Made by a program: the position numbers and the translations under genes. The notes under the pieces are model-generated. The model did not search any database and was not told the origin of the DNA. It saw only the letters and a list, made by a program, of their open reading frames with translations. A DNA stretch of 64,000 nucleotides, from assembly GCA_016700335.1 (NCBI GenBank), contig CP065014.1:2374534-2438533 (forward strand), in the 5' to 3' direction. Within the stretch, counting starts at the first letter, position 1; each line of letters begins with the position of its first letter. Of this stretch, positions 20,412 through 30,304 are shown piece by piece. This DNA comes from Chlorobiota bacterium (GTDB lineage Bacteria; Bacteroidota; Ignavibacteria; OLB7).

Positions 20412-21422
20412 TTAATCATCAGTTGAAATATATTTCAAACATAATTGTATAGTTGCCTCTATGCCATCTTTATGTGTTCTTTCCATTCCGTGAGAGGCAG
20501 CAACACCTGGACCAATAAGGGCTACACGAAATTCATTTCCGGCAAGCAATGCAGCAGATCCATCTGAACTGTAATAAGGATAAACATCTACTTTATAAGC
20601 AATATTGTTTTTCTTACAAATTTCAACTAACTTTTTCCTAAAATTATAGTCATAAGGTCCAGAATTATCTTTAGCACAAATTGAACAACTAAACTCATCT
20701 CCTTCAAGTCCATCTCCTAAAGTACCCATATCAATAACCAATAATTCTTTTATTGTTGAGGAATATCCGCAAGTACCACCATGACCAACTTCTTCATAAT
20801 TTGAAAAAAATATTTCAACTGGTAAATTTAAATTTTGTTCTTTAATTCTTCTAGCTAATTCCAATAAAACAAAACAACCTGCTTTATTATCCATGAATCT
20901 TGATTTGATAAATCCACTTGGAGTTTCATGATACTTAGTTTCAAAAGCTATTATATCTCCATTATTTATACCCAATTTTTTTACATCATCTTTATTTTTC
21001 ACTACCTCATCTATTCTAATATGCATATTTGCAGTTGTTCTTTCAGTATTCCCTGCACCTCTATTTGCATGTGTTGAAGGGTTGTTTAACAACATTGTTC
21101 CTGTATAAATTTTTCCTTCTAATGTATAAATTCTTACATATTCACTTTCAAAACTTGGTAATAGAGGTGAACCAAGTAAAGAGAAAGATAAAGTTCCATT
21201 TGGGTTTATACCCGAAACAATAGCACCTAAAGTATCGGTATGAGCAGCGATTGCAATTTCTGGGTTGTTTCCAAAAGAACATTTTACAGCTCCTTTATTT
21301 GTGTATTGTGGTTCCCAACCATATTCTTTTAGAATATTAAAAATATATCTGCATGAATTTTGGGTGTACCCTGTAGGGGAATCAATAGCTACTAAATTTT
21401 CTAATGTTTTACAATTTAACAT
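20412..21422 (-). CDS. M42-family aminopeptidase (FrvX/glutamyl aminopeptidase-like)
   Basis: The 336-aa product matches the M42 family (AHTDTLGAIV and a metal-binding His/Asp/Glu pattern). Confidence 0.7.
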   Translation of the reverse strand: MLNCKTLENLVAIDSPTGYTQNSCRYIFNILKEYGWEPQYTNKGAVKCSFGNNPEIAIAAHTDTLGAIVSGINPNGTLSFSLLGSPLLPSFESEYVRIYTLEGKIYTGTMLLNNPSTHANRGAGNTERTTANMHIRIDEVVKNKDDVKKLGINNGDIIAFETKYHETPSGFIKSRFMDNKAGCFVLLELARRIKEQNLNLPVEIFFSNYEEVGHGGTCGYSSTIKELLVIDMGTLGDGLEGDEFSCSICAKDNSGPYDYNFRKKLVEICKKNNIAYKVDVYPYYSSDGSAALLAGNEFRVALIGPGVAASHGMERTHKDGIEATIQLCLKYISTDD

Positions 21423-21491
21423 TCAATATATTTAAACTTGAGTTTAATGATTTTCTACTTTTTTATTATTAAAATATTACAAGAAATAAAT

Positions 21492-22379
21492 TTAATCAAT
21501 ATACCTTTTAGTAATTTCAGAATATGAATCAATCCTCCTGTCTCTCAAAAATGGCCAGTTCCTTCTAACATTTTCTAATCTATTTAAATCTATATCAGCA
21601 ATTAAAATTTCTTCTTTATTACTAGATCCTTCTGCCAAAATTACACCTTGTGGATCACAAATAAATGAGTTTCCCCAAAATTCTATGCCTGCTCCATCTG
21701 TATTATATTTTTCATGACCAACTCTATTAACTGATGCTACAAAAACCCCATTTGCAATTGCATGACCTCTTTGCACTGTTTTCCATGCATCTAATTGATT
21801 CATTCCATGAATGTCTTTTTCATGCGGATGCCAACCAATTGCTGTTGGATAAAATATCACATTTGCTCCAGCAAGAGCTGTAAGCCTTGCTCCTTCTGGG
21901 TACCATTGATCCCAACAAACAAGTGTTCCAAGTTTACCACATGAAGTATCAAATGCCTTATATCCTAAATCGCCTTGAGTAAAATAATATTTTTCATAGT
22001 ATGATGGGTCATCTGGAATATGCATTTTGCGATATAAGCCAATAGTTTTACCATTCCTTTCAAAAACTACTGATGTATTATGATATAAACCTGGTGCTCT
22101 TTTCTCAAACAAAGATGCAAAAAGTACAACCCCATTTTCAAGTGCTGCCTCAGATAACTTTCGAGTAGTTTCGCTCGGAATTGGCTCAGCTAAATTAAAA
22201 GATTCTACATCTTCACTCTGGCAGAAATATTGTGATTTAAAAAGCTCAGGTAAACAAACTACATCAGCTCCTAAGTTTGCGGCACTTTTAATATTGAAAA
22301 TTGCTTTCTCTAAATTATCTTGAGTATCTAAAGTGCAGCTCATTTGTATTAAGGCAACTTTGAAAAATTTTACATCCAT
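21492..22379 (-). CDS. aguB: N-carbamoylputrescine amidase (carbon-nitrogen hydrolase family)
   Basis: The 295-aa product has the nitrilase-superfamily catalytic triad context (ALIQM..., CWDQWYPE, the Glu-Lys-Cys pattern) and is colinear over its length with AguB. Confidence 0.75.
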   Translation of the reverse strand: MDVKFFKVALIQMSCTLDTQDNLEKAIFNIKSAANLGADVVCLPELFKSQYFCQSEDVESFNLAEPIPSETTRKLSEAALENGVVLFASLFEKRAPGLYHNTSVVFERNGKTIGLYRKMHIPDDPSYYEKYYFTQGDLGYKAFDTSCGKLGTLVCWDQWYPEGARLTALAGANVIFYPTAIGWHPHEKDIHGMNQLDAWKTVQRGHAIANGVFVASVNRVGHEKYNTDGAGIEFWGNSFICDPQGVILAEGSSNKEEILIADIDLNRLENVRRNWPFLRDRRIDSYSEITKRYID

Positions 22380-22458
22380 TTATTTAATATTTTTTAGAGT
22401 TAACAAATTGAAAATAAATATATCATAATTTATTTTTATTTAGTTTTAGAAACAATTG

Positions 22459-22959
22459 TTAAAAAATTTTCTCACCTTTTTTTAACCACAAACCCCATAT
22501 ATGGTCATAAGCATGAATTTTTTTTGTACTTTTGTTATTCAAATCATAAATTGGTGAATTATTATTTACCCATTCAAAAATTCCACCATATAGATTAGAA
22601 ACGTTTGTGTAATTGTTGCTTAATAACTTCTCAGATATTTTCTCACTTCTATAACCAACTGAACAATATACAACAATTTTAGAACTCTTGTCTATTCCTT
22701 TTAATCTTTCTAAATTAAAATCAGAATATCCAACCCATATTGAATTTTTAAGATGACTCACATCATATTCTTTTTTCTCTCTAGAATCTAACAATATAAC
22801 ATCATTACTTTTTTCTAATTGACTAACTGTAACTTCTCTAACAGTATGTGATAGTAATGATTTTAACATAATATTATAAAAAGGATTTTGCACTTTTTGT
22901 GAAAATGATATGCTAAAGGTATTTATAAAAATGATTAAGATTAAAATAAATCTTTTCAT
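22459..22959 (-). CDS. Secreted rhodanese-domain protein
   Basis: The product has a signal peptide and a rhodanese active-site loop (VVYCSVGYRSE). Confidence 0.7.
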   Translation of the reverse strand: MKRFILILIIFINTFSISFSQKVQNPFYNIMLKSLLSHTVREVTVSQLEKSNDVILLDSREKKEYDVSHLKNSIWVGYSDFNLERLKGIDKSSKIVVYCSVGYRSEKISEKLLSNNYTNVSNLYGGIFEWVNNNSPIYDLNNKSTKKIHAYDHIWGLWLKKGEKIF

Positions 22960-23140
22960 TATAATTTGATGTTAATTAAGTTCGTATTTCTAATATTCAA
23001 AATTAGATAAAAGTTTCAACTGTTTTTTATTTAATTAGTAATTTTTTAATTTTCATAATTATTTTAATTTTACTTATAATAGTTGAAATTGAATAATATT
23101 TAAATCAAAAAAACCTTGTACTTCAAATAAATATATTCTT

Positions 23141-23602
23141 ATGAAAGATCAAAATAAAGAAGAGAGAATAAAAGTTATAATATCAAATAGAAAAGCAAGA
23201 TTTGAATATGAAATATTAGACAAATATGAAGCAGGGATGGTTCTTGTTGGTACTGAAGTTAAATCAGTCAGAAACGGTAAAATATCTCTTCAAGAAAGTT
23301 ATGCTACAATAAATAAAAAAGGAGAAGTTGTACTTGAAGGCTGCACTATTCAGCATTACACTCATGGTAATATTAATAATCATGAGCCAACAAGACCACG
23401 AGTGTTATTATTACACAAAAAAGAAATTTTCAAGATAAGACAAAAAATTCTTGAAAAGGGACTTACTTTTATCCCTTTAAGAGTTTACTTCAAAGGTAAT
23501 AAATTAAAAATTGAACTCGGAATAGCTAGAGGAAAAAAACTTTTTGATAAAAGAGAAACTATAAAGTATAGAGATATTTCAAGGGTGAATAGAGAAGAAT
23601 AA
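23141..23602 (+). CDS. smpB: SsrA-binding protein SmpB
   Basis: The 153-aa product contains IISNRKARFEYEILDKYEAGMVLVGTEVKSVR and LLLHKKEI, both canonical SmpB motifs. Confidence 0.9.
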   Translation: MKDQNKEERIKVIISNRKARFEYEILDKYEAGMVLVGTEVKSVRNGKISLQESYATINKKGEVVLEGCTIQHYTHGNINNHEPTRPRVLLLHKKEIFKIRQKILEKGLTFIPLRVYFKGNKLKIELGIARGKKLFDKRETIKYRDISRVNREE

Positions 23603-23743
23603 TTTCAAATATTTGTAACAATTTAATATTATTTTTTTACTATTTCTATGTACTCTTTATCTTTAATTTTGCACAAAATATTAAACTGAAAATTTCAAAA
23701 ATATTTGATTACCTATTAAATTAATTTAAATTATATTTATTAA

Positions 23744-24802
23744 ATGATAAACAAAATCCTTGAACTTTTAGGTTCGGAAGCTGATGCTTTATTAAATCAT
23801 AATTGTACAACTATTCCAAAAGAAAATCTTCATTTGCCATCAAAAGATTTTGTTGATAAAGTATTTGTTAATTCTGATAGAAATTTGAGGACTCTTAATA
23901 ACCTTTCTAGAATATATAATTCAGGGAGATTGCAAGGTACTGGTTATATGTCAATATTGCCTGTTGATCAAGGTATAGAGCATGCTGCTGGTGCATCATT
24001 TGCTCCAAATCCTATCTATTTTGACCCGGAAAATATTGTTAAATTAGCTATTGAAGGTGGATGTAATGCAGTTGCTTCAACTTTTGGGGTGCTTGGAATT
24101 GTAGCAAGGAAATTTGCTCACAAAATTCCATTTATTGTAAAAATTAATCATAACGAGTTATTAACTTATCCAAATAAACATGATCAAATAATGTTTGGTA
24201 CAATAGATCAAGCTTATGATATGGGAGCTGCAGCTGTTGGTGCAACAATTTATTTTGGATCAGATGAATCTACCAGACAGATCACAGAGGCAGCAAATGC
24301 ATTTGCTTATGCTCATGAACTTGGAATGGGTACAATTCTTTGGTGCTACTTAAGGAATCCAGCATTCAATGTTAAGGGGGATAAAGATTACCATCTTTCA
24401 GCTGATTTAACTGGTCAGGCTAATCATTTAGGAGCTACAATTCAAGCTGATATTGTTAAGCAAAAATTACCTGAAAACAATGGAGGTTACAATGCAATTA
24501 AATTTGGTAAAACGAGTAAAATTGTATATGATTCTTTAACAACTGATAATCCTATAGATCTATGTAGGTATCAAGTTGCAAATGGATATATGGGAAGAAT
24601 TGGATTGATTAATTCAGGGGGAGCTTCAAGTGGGGCTACAGATATGGCTGAAGCTTTAAAAACTGCTATAATAAATAAAAGAGCTGGTGGAGCTGGTTTG
24701 ATTTCTGGTAGAAAAGCTTTCCAACGACCAATTAATGAAGGGATTGAATTGTTAAATTTGATACAGGATGTTTATAATTGTAATGATGTTACAGTTGCTT
24801 AG
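23744..24802 (+). CDS. fbaB: Class I fructose-bisphosphate aldolase (FbaB/DhnA type)
   Basis: The 352-aa product is colinear with E. coli FbaB. Shared segments include [68 protein letters not shown] and [18 protein letters not shown]. Confidence 0.9.
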   Translation: MINKILELLGSEADALLNHNCTTIPKENLHLPSKDFVDKVFVNSDRNLRTLNNLSRIYNSGRLQGTGYMSILPVDQGIEHAAGASFAPNPIYFDPENIVKLAIEGGCNAVASTFGVLGIVARKFAHKIPFIVKINHNELLTYPNKHDQIMFGTIDQAYDMGAAAVGATIYFGSDESTRQITEAANAFAYAHELGMGTILWCYLRNPAFNVKGDKDYHLSADLTGQANHLGATIQADIVKQKLPENNGGYNAIKFGKTSKIVYDSLTTDNPIDLCRYQVANGYMGRIGLINSGGASSGATDMAEALKTAIINKRAGGAGLISGRKAFQRPINEGIELLNLIQDVYNCNDVTVA

Positions 24803-24830
24803 TTAAGCTTTTTTTATTTTGATATATTTT

Positions 24831-24862
24831 AGCCAAGGAATTTGTTCCTTGGCTTTTTTTTT
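24831..24862 (+). terminator. Rho-independent terminator of fbaB
   Basis: The hairpin agccaaggaa-tttg-ttccttggct is followed by a T9 run. Confidence 0.7.
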
Positions 24863-25015
24863 GATTAAATTTTTAACTTAAAAATTTGTGCACGATTAAG
24901 TATCTAAAAATGACTTCAACAAATTCTTAAAATCATTATCTTTGATAGATTCTTTTTTTTATTCGATATAGGTTTTCTATCTTGTAGTTACTTTCAATTT
25001 TAATTAATTCTTTAA

Positions 25016-26374
25016 ATGTTGAAATTTACTTTAGTACTTTTTTTGATATCATATTTTTCTCTCAATTCTCAAAATATTTTTTCTCCTGTTAGTTCTGGAA
25101 AAGCTCATGCAACTGTTGCAACTAGCAAAGGGTTAGATGCTATATTTTCAAATCCTGCTAGCCTGGATGATAAATCTGATTCAAGTGTTTTCGAGTTGTC
25201 AGTCTATAATTTTGGAGGTAAAATTGGTAAAACTTATCTTAATTCTAGTGAGTTAAATAAAATATTCGGTTTTAGTGGAAGTGAAACAGTAGACAGATCT
25301 GAGTTAGCACAACTTTTAGAAGATGAAAAATTGTTTTTAAACATAGGAATTAACTTGATTACTGCGAAACTTTCACTTGGGAATAACGGTACATTAGGTA
25401 TTAATTTTGGCACTAGATTATATTGTAGGTTAAGATTCGATAATCAACTTGTGAAATTAATTGAAACTAGTAATATTGGAATTCAAGATTATTTGATAAC
25501 TAATAAAGGAGTTGGTGGAGCTTGGACTCGTGAAATTGGAATAACTTATTCTAAACAATTTTTAAATTACAATGAATTTTTCTCAGAATTATCTTTTGGT
25601 ATTACTCCAAAACTAATATTTGGTATTGCCTCATTAGAACTAGATGAAAACAGTATTATTTCTACTAATCAAATTAATGTCCGCGGAAGTTCTGGTTACA
25701 GAATTCGTGGGGGATTTAAATTTTCAGCCTCTCATCCAGATAACTTCAACCTATCTGAAGAGTTAAGTAACTTCACAACTAATTTCTTCTCTCCTTCATC
25801 AGGATTTGGTATTGGGGTTAACTTAGGTTTCCAAACAGTTTTTATTAAAACAGCTAATAGTAAATATAAATTCGGTGTAGAATTACAAGATCTTGGAAAA
25901 ATAAATTGGAGTAATCAAGTATTTAAACGTTCTTTAGTAAATTTAGATGATACAATAACAACTGGTGCAATATCAAACGATAAGTTTAAAGAATATTCAG
26001 GGGAACTCAAAACTGGTGGAGAATTTTCAACTGAACTCCCAACATCCATTCGTTTGGGTTTTGGTGCTGAATTTATTAAGTTAAATATTTCATTTATAAC
26101 ACTTGATTTTGAGAGTGAATTCCCCTTAACTAAAATTGGAGGAGTTTATTCAAATCCAAGATTCGCTATTGGTAGTGATATAAAAATTATGGATTACTTA
26201 TCTTTAAGAAATGGCTTTTCTTTTGGAGGTAATGATGAATTTGGTATTGGGTTTGGAATAGGTCTAAATCCAATATCAAATTTAAAATTTGATATTGGAT
26301 CTAGTTCATTAAACAAATTTTTTACTTTGAAACAAATCGATTTTTCAGCAAGATTGAGCTATGTAATTTTATAA
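25016..26374 (+). CDS. Hypothetical outer-membrane beta-barrel protein
   Basis: The product has a signal peptide and an alternating hydrophobic, Gly-rich beta-strand pattern. Its C-terminal strand ends in an aromatic residue (...RLSYVIL). No specific family could be assigned. Confidence 0.4.
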   Translation: MLKFTLVLFLISYFSLNSQNIFSPVSSGKAHATVATSKGLDAIFSNPASLDDKSDSSVFELSVYNFGGKIGKTYLNSSELNKIFGFSGSETVDRSELAQLLEDEKLFLNIGINLITAKLSLGNNGTLGINFGTRLYCRLRFDNQLVKLIETSNIGIQDYLITNKGVGGAWTREIGITYSKQFLNYNEFFSELSFGITPKLIFGIASLELDENSIISTNQINVRGSSGYRIRGGFKFSASHPDNFNLSEELSNFTTNFFSPSSGFGIGVNLGFQTVFIKTANSKYKFGVELQDLGKINWSNQVFKRSLVNLDDTITTGAISNDKFKEYSGELKTGGEFSTELPTSIRLGFGAEFIKLNISFITLDFESEFPLTKIGGVYSNPRFAIGSDIKIMDYLSLRNGFSFGGNDEFGIGFGIGLNPISNLKFDIGSSSLNKFFTLKQIDFSARLSYVIL

Positions 26375-26425
26375 TAAAAAAGTAGTAAATCCAATCTTTA
26401 ATTTCGTTTTGTGGTTTTGTTAAAT

Positions 26426-26830
26426 TTAATCCTTTAAGTCTAAAGAAGATTTTATAACTTCTAATTTTTCTTTTTCAATATTTTTAAGAGTAACTTTTAA
26501 GTTCATTAGATGAAATATTATTAAAGACAAACCTCCTGCAATCAACATTAAACATACTCCAAATGTATCCATATTTTCAACTTCAAATGTTTGATTTATC
26601 CACCATGTTACCATGCCTGCAATACCCATAAACAGTGCAACAATACCCCATTTCAAATTAGTTAAAGTTTTATTATCATTTGATGTAAATGGTAATGAGA
26701 GTTTATCTAATTCACCAGGTACTAATCCTTGTGTTATTAACGACATCCTTTCTTTATGTCTATCGTTATAAAATTTCCATGAAATTATTGTCCAAAAAAA
26801 TGTAAGAGGAACTAAAATTGTAAAATCCAT
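26426..26830 (-). CDS. Small integral membrane protein
   Basis: The 134-aa product has three predicted TM helices. Confidence 0.4.
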   Translation of the reverse strand: MDFTILVPLTFFWTIISWKFYNDRHKERMSLITQGLVPGELDKLSLPFTSNDNKTLTNLKWGIVALFMGIAGMVTWWINQTFEVENMDTFGVCLMLIAGGLSLIIFHLMNLKVTLKNIEKEKLEVIKSSLDLKD

Positions 26831-27033
26831 TTTGATTGTTTATGATTACAGTTTGAATTAATATTATTTATCGTTTTTATATTTGACCAACCTTTAATTA
26901 TTTTTGTTGCATAAAATATTATTTTTTAGATAAATTTTTTCTTTTTTTAAATTTTAATAATTAATTGATTTTTCATGCAACAAAATTGTGATAGAATATA
27001 GTCTAATTATTTATTATTGAAATTGCAAAAACT

Positions 27034-27630
27034 TTGAAAAATACATTAGATAAAGAAATAGTAGATAGGATTTTGCAAAATGATAAATCTGCTTTTATTG
27101 ATTTGATAAATCGATATAAGAATAAAGGATTTTCATTGTCTATGAAAATACTTAAAAACAAAGAAGATGCAGAAGAAGCTTTACAAGATTCATTTATTAG
27201 GGTTTTTAATGCTTTAAATAATTTCAACTGGAATTCTTCTTTTTCTACTTGGTTCTATAGAATTGTTTTTAATGTATGTTATTCAAGAACCCAGGCAGGA
27301 AGTGAAAAATTTTACAAACTAGGATCTTCAATTAGTGACATGGAGGAAGGTGGTGTTGATAGCATAGGATCTAATAAGATGACTCCAGATACAATTTTAA
27401 TCAATAGTGAAATAGAAAAAATTGTAAATGAAGAAATTGAAAAACTACCTCCACATTATTCAATTGTTCTAGATTTATTTCTACTTCAAGAGCAAAGTTA
27501 TGAGGAGATTGTATCAATAACTGGAATTAATATGGGTACAGTTAAAGCACAAATTAGCCGAGCAAGGATTATATTAAGGAATAATGTTGCTAATCGACTT
27601 GAATTAAATAGTTTAGCAAATATCTATTAG
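27034..27630 (+). CDS. RNA polymerase ECF-type sigma-70 factor
   Basis: The product has a region-2 pattern (ALQDSFIRVFNAL...WFYRIVFN) and a region-4 HTH (EQSYEEIVSITGINMGTVKAQISRAR). Confidence 0.8.
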   Translation: MKNTLDKEIVDRILQNDKSAFIDLINRYKNKGFSLSMKILKNKEDAEEALQDSFIRVFNALNNFNWNSSFSTWFYRIVFNVCYSRTQAGSEKFYKLGSSISDMEEGGVDSIGSNKMTPDTILINSEIEKIVNEEIEKLPPHYSIVLDLFLLQEQSYEEIVSITGINMGTVKAQISRARIILRNNVANRLELNSLANIY

Positions 27631-27680
27631 TTATTTTTTTATTAATATCTTAGTAATTAGTTTTTAATTTTTAAACTAAA

Positions 27681-28214
27681 ATGGATCATTTAACACAAGA
27701 ACAAATCCAACTTTGGATTGATTTGGAATCACCTAACTCCAAGGAGGTGGCAATGCATATTCATATTTGTAAAAAATGTGCAAAAGAAGTAGAATTCAAT
27801 GTTCTGATAGAAAAATTTGCTTCATCAACAAATGAAAATAATATTACAACATTAAATTTTACAAACCAATTAGTTAGTAAAGTTTATCCTTTGAATTTAA
27901 ACTATCTTAAAGAACAAACTTTTTTAGAAAAGTATAGTTTATTAATATTGACTTCTCTTTCAGTTCTTATTGGTTCATTAGTTTACATTAACAAACCTGT
28001 ATTTGCTTCAAAATATTTACCTAATTTAAATCTTAAATCATTTTTTGAATTATCAATTTCAAAACTAATTAATTTATTTGGAGTAAACATAAGTTCAATC
28101 TTACACCTAACTTATGATCCTTTCTTTAAGTTATTAATTGTTTCAACATTAATTATTTCATTCCTTTTCTTTATAGATAAAATTATTAAAAATGTAGTTT
28201 CAAAAAATCATTAA
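27681..28214 (+). CDS. Putative zinc-finger (ZAS-type) anti-sigma factor, membrane-anchored
   Basis: The ORF lies immediately downstream of the ECF sigma gene. Its N-terminal HIHICKKC fits the HxxxCxxC motif, and two TM helices follow. Confidence 0.5.
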   Translation: MDHLTQEQIQLWIDLESPNSKEVAMHIHICKKCAKEVEFNVLIEKFASSTNENNITTLNFTNQLVSKVYPLNLNYLKEQTFLEKYSLLILTSLSVLIGSLVYINKPVFASKYLPNLNLKSFFELSISKLINLFGVNISSILHLTYDPFFKLLIVSTLIISFLFFIDKIIKNVVSKNH

Positions 28215-28228
28215 TTGATTTTATAAAA

Positions 28229-28260
28229 AAGTCGAGTTTGTAGAATTACAAACTCGACTT
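28229..28260. terminator. Bidirectional intrinsic terminator
   Basis: The 14-bp stem aagtcgagtttgta / tacaaactcgactt has a gaat loop and is flanked by an A-run and a T-rich stretch. It sits between convergent genes. Confidence 0.6.
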
Positions 28261-28281
28261 ATAAATTTGAAAATCTGATTT

Positions 28282-28797
28282 CTAGTTAATTTTTGCTCCA
28301 TTATTCATTTCGATTGTACCAGCATCTTTCTTTTCTTTTCCTTTACAGCATCCTTTTTCTTTTTTATCTCCACAACTTTTATTTTTATTTCCACATGATT
28401 TCATCATCGTATCTAACTTTAATTTTTGTTCTTCAGTTAACAAATTTTTAATATCAGATTCTAATTTTTCATGAGCTAATTTAATTTCATTAGCTTTAGC
28501 CTCAATTTGAAGTTTTACCTCTGAAAGTCCAGTAGCTTCTCCTTCAGATTTTATTAGCTTTGCTTTATTCTTTAACTCTTTAATTTCATTTCTTGTAGTT
28601 TCAGTAGAAGTTTTAAATCCTTCCTTTAAAACTTTCATTTTGTCCTTTTGTTCTTGAGTTAAATTAAGTTTTTGCATACATTGATCTGGTCCACAAGCTT
28701 TTTTATCTCCACCACAGTTTCCTGATGCAAATAATGAACTTAAGGATACAATTGAAATCATCAATAAAGTGCTTAAATATCCGATTGTTTTTTTCAT
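28282..28797 (-). CDS. Periplasmic LTXXQ-motif protein (Spy/CpxP/ZraP family) with Cys-rich termini
   Basis: The product has a signal peptide, LTQEQKDKMKVL and LTEEQKLKLDTM motifs, an N-terminal CGGDKKACGPDQC, and a C-terminal CGNKNKSCGDKKEKGCCKGKEKK. Confidence 0.6.
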   Translation of the reverse strand: MKKTIGYLSTLLMISIVSLSSLFASGNCGGDKKACGPDQCMQKLNLTQEQKDKMKVLKEGFKTSTETTRNEIKELKNKAKLIKSEGEATGLSEVKLQIEAKANEIKLAHEKLESDIKNLLTEEQKLKLDTMMKSCGNKNKSCGDKKEKGCCKGKEKKDAGTIEMNNGAKIN

Positions 28798-28922
28798 TTT
28801 TTAAGTATGATATAGTTAGTTTATATGTTTTTTTATCGACGAAATAACAGACTCAAAATTATACATATATAACATTAAATAAAATAAATATTATTTAATA
28901 AATCTGTACATATAATAAATTT

Positions 28923-29360
28923 TTATTTAATTATTTTATCTTTATGTTCGCTTTCTTTGCAACTTTTTAATAATTGTTGTAGTTCAGTATTTTGATAACT
29001 AGTTAAAATCCCTTTAATGTCTGACTTTAACTCCTTTCTTTTAGGTTTTAATACTTCAATTCTGTCTTTTAATAGAGGTTTAATTTCATCAATTTTTATT
29101 TGATTATTTGCTGTTTTTGCATTTTTCAACTCCATTTTTAATACCTTAACCTCATTAATTGAACTTTTATTTTCATTTTTAAATTTTTCAAAAAGAATTT
29201 TTATTTTACTCTTTTGTTCATTACTTAAATTTAATTGTTTCAGTGCTTCTCTAAAACAATTAGCTCTTTTTAGATCTTTGCTAATAGTTAATTTTACTGA
29301 TGTTAAACTGAATACTAATATCAATACAAGTATTCCTATTCTGTTTAATAATCTTTTCAT
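28923..29360 (-). CDS. Periplasmic LTXXQ-like (Spy/CpxP family) protein
   Basis: The product has a signal peptide, LSNEQKSKIKILFEKF, and LTSYQNTELQQLLKSC. It is paralogous in style to the upstream gene. Confidence 0.5.
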   Translation of the reverse strand: MKRLLNRIGILVLILVFSLTSVKLTISKDLKRANCFREALKQLNLSNEQKSKIKILFEKFKNENKSSINEVKVLKMELKNAKTANNQIKIDEIKPLLKDRIEVLKPKRKELKSDIKGILTSYQNTELQQLLKSCKESEHKDKIIK

Positions 29361-29479
29361 TTTAATTTTATTTTTAATTATAATTTGAATAAATAATTTA
29401 TTATTTAAAAGTTAGTTACATCAAAATTAAAATGGTTCCAAAATATTTATTTTTATCAAATTATTTAAGCACTTAATAT

Positions 29480-30217
29480 TTAATAATTATTTTTTTTCAT
29501 AAAAGTATTTGTTTCATTCAATTTACTTATAGAACCTATATCAAACCAATAACTTTCATCACATAACACTCCTTTAATTATCTCACCATTTTTAGCTAAG
29601 TTCAAATATATATCTCTAATAGAAAACGATCCATTTTGGATTATTTTATTAAAAATTTCTGGAGATATTATATGAATACCAGTAAATCCTAATCTGTAAA
29701 ATTCATCTCCTATTATGTTTTTGTCCATAATTTCTTCACAATTTAAATTTCCATATCCACATAAATTATATTCTGAATTGAAAATAAAATATCTATCAGA
29801 TTTTCTATTTTGAACTGCTAAAGTTACTAATGAATTATTTGTTTGGTAATTTTCATATAACTTGTTTAGATTGATATTTGAAACTATATCAACGTTATGA
29901 AGTAATATTGGATACTCTTTTGAGAAGTACTTTTCAGCATATTTCAAACCTCCTCCTGTATCTAGTAATATATCAACTTCAATTGAAATTTTAATATCCA
30001 AATCGAAGTAATTTTTATTTTTAAGAAAATCAATTATCAAATCTTCATAATGGTGAACATTTACTATTATTTTTTGTACACCAAAAGATTTCAATCTTTT
30101 AATAACTCTTTCTAAAACAGTTATTTTATTAACTTCAACAAGTGCTTTTGGTAAATAATCTGTTATTGGTTTAAGTCTGGTTCCTAATCCAGCAGAAAAT
30201 ATCATTGCTTCAATCAT
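29480..30217 (-). CDS. Sugar-phosphate nucleotidyltransferase (MurU/GlmU-N-terminal-like)
   Basis: The N-terminus matches the nucleotidyltransferase G-loop and fold (MIEAMIFSAGLGTRLKPITDYLPKALVEV). The product is 245 aa. Confidence 0.7.
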   Translation of the reverse strand: MIEAMIFSAGLGTRLKPITDYLPKALVEVNKITVLERVIKRLKSFGVQKIIVNVHHYEDLIIDFLKNKNYFDLDIKISIEVDILLDTGGGLKYAEKYFSKEYPILLHNVDIVSNINLNKLYENYQTNNSLVTLAVQNRKSDRYFIFNSEYNLCGYGNLNCEEIMDKNIIGDEFYRLGFTGIHIISPEIFNKIIQNGSFSIRDIYLNLAKNGEIIKGVLCDESYWFDIGSISKLNETNTFMKKNNY

Positions 30218-30304
30218 AAATTCAAAAATAACGTAGTTATTATTTTCTTAAGTATATTATTATTTATTTTAGTGTAATATTATCGATAACTCCTTATAAA
30301 GAAT

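Noticed and set aside
22960-23140. tmRNA (ssrA) expected near smpB
   Set aside because: The flanking intergenic regions are uniformly AT-rich and lack a tRNA-like acceptor/T-arm signature. ssrA is presumably elsewhere.
27003-27227. A 74-aa minus-strand ORF overlapping the ECF sigma factor start
   Set aside because: It is antisense to a motif-supported sigma-70 region-2 coding sequence and has no signal of its own.
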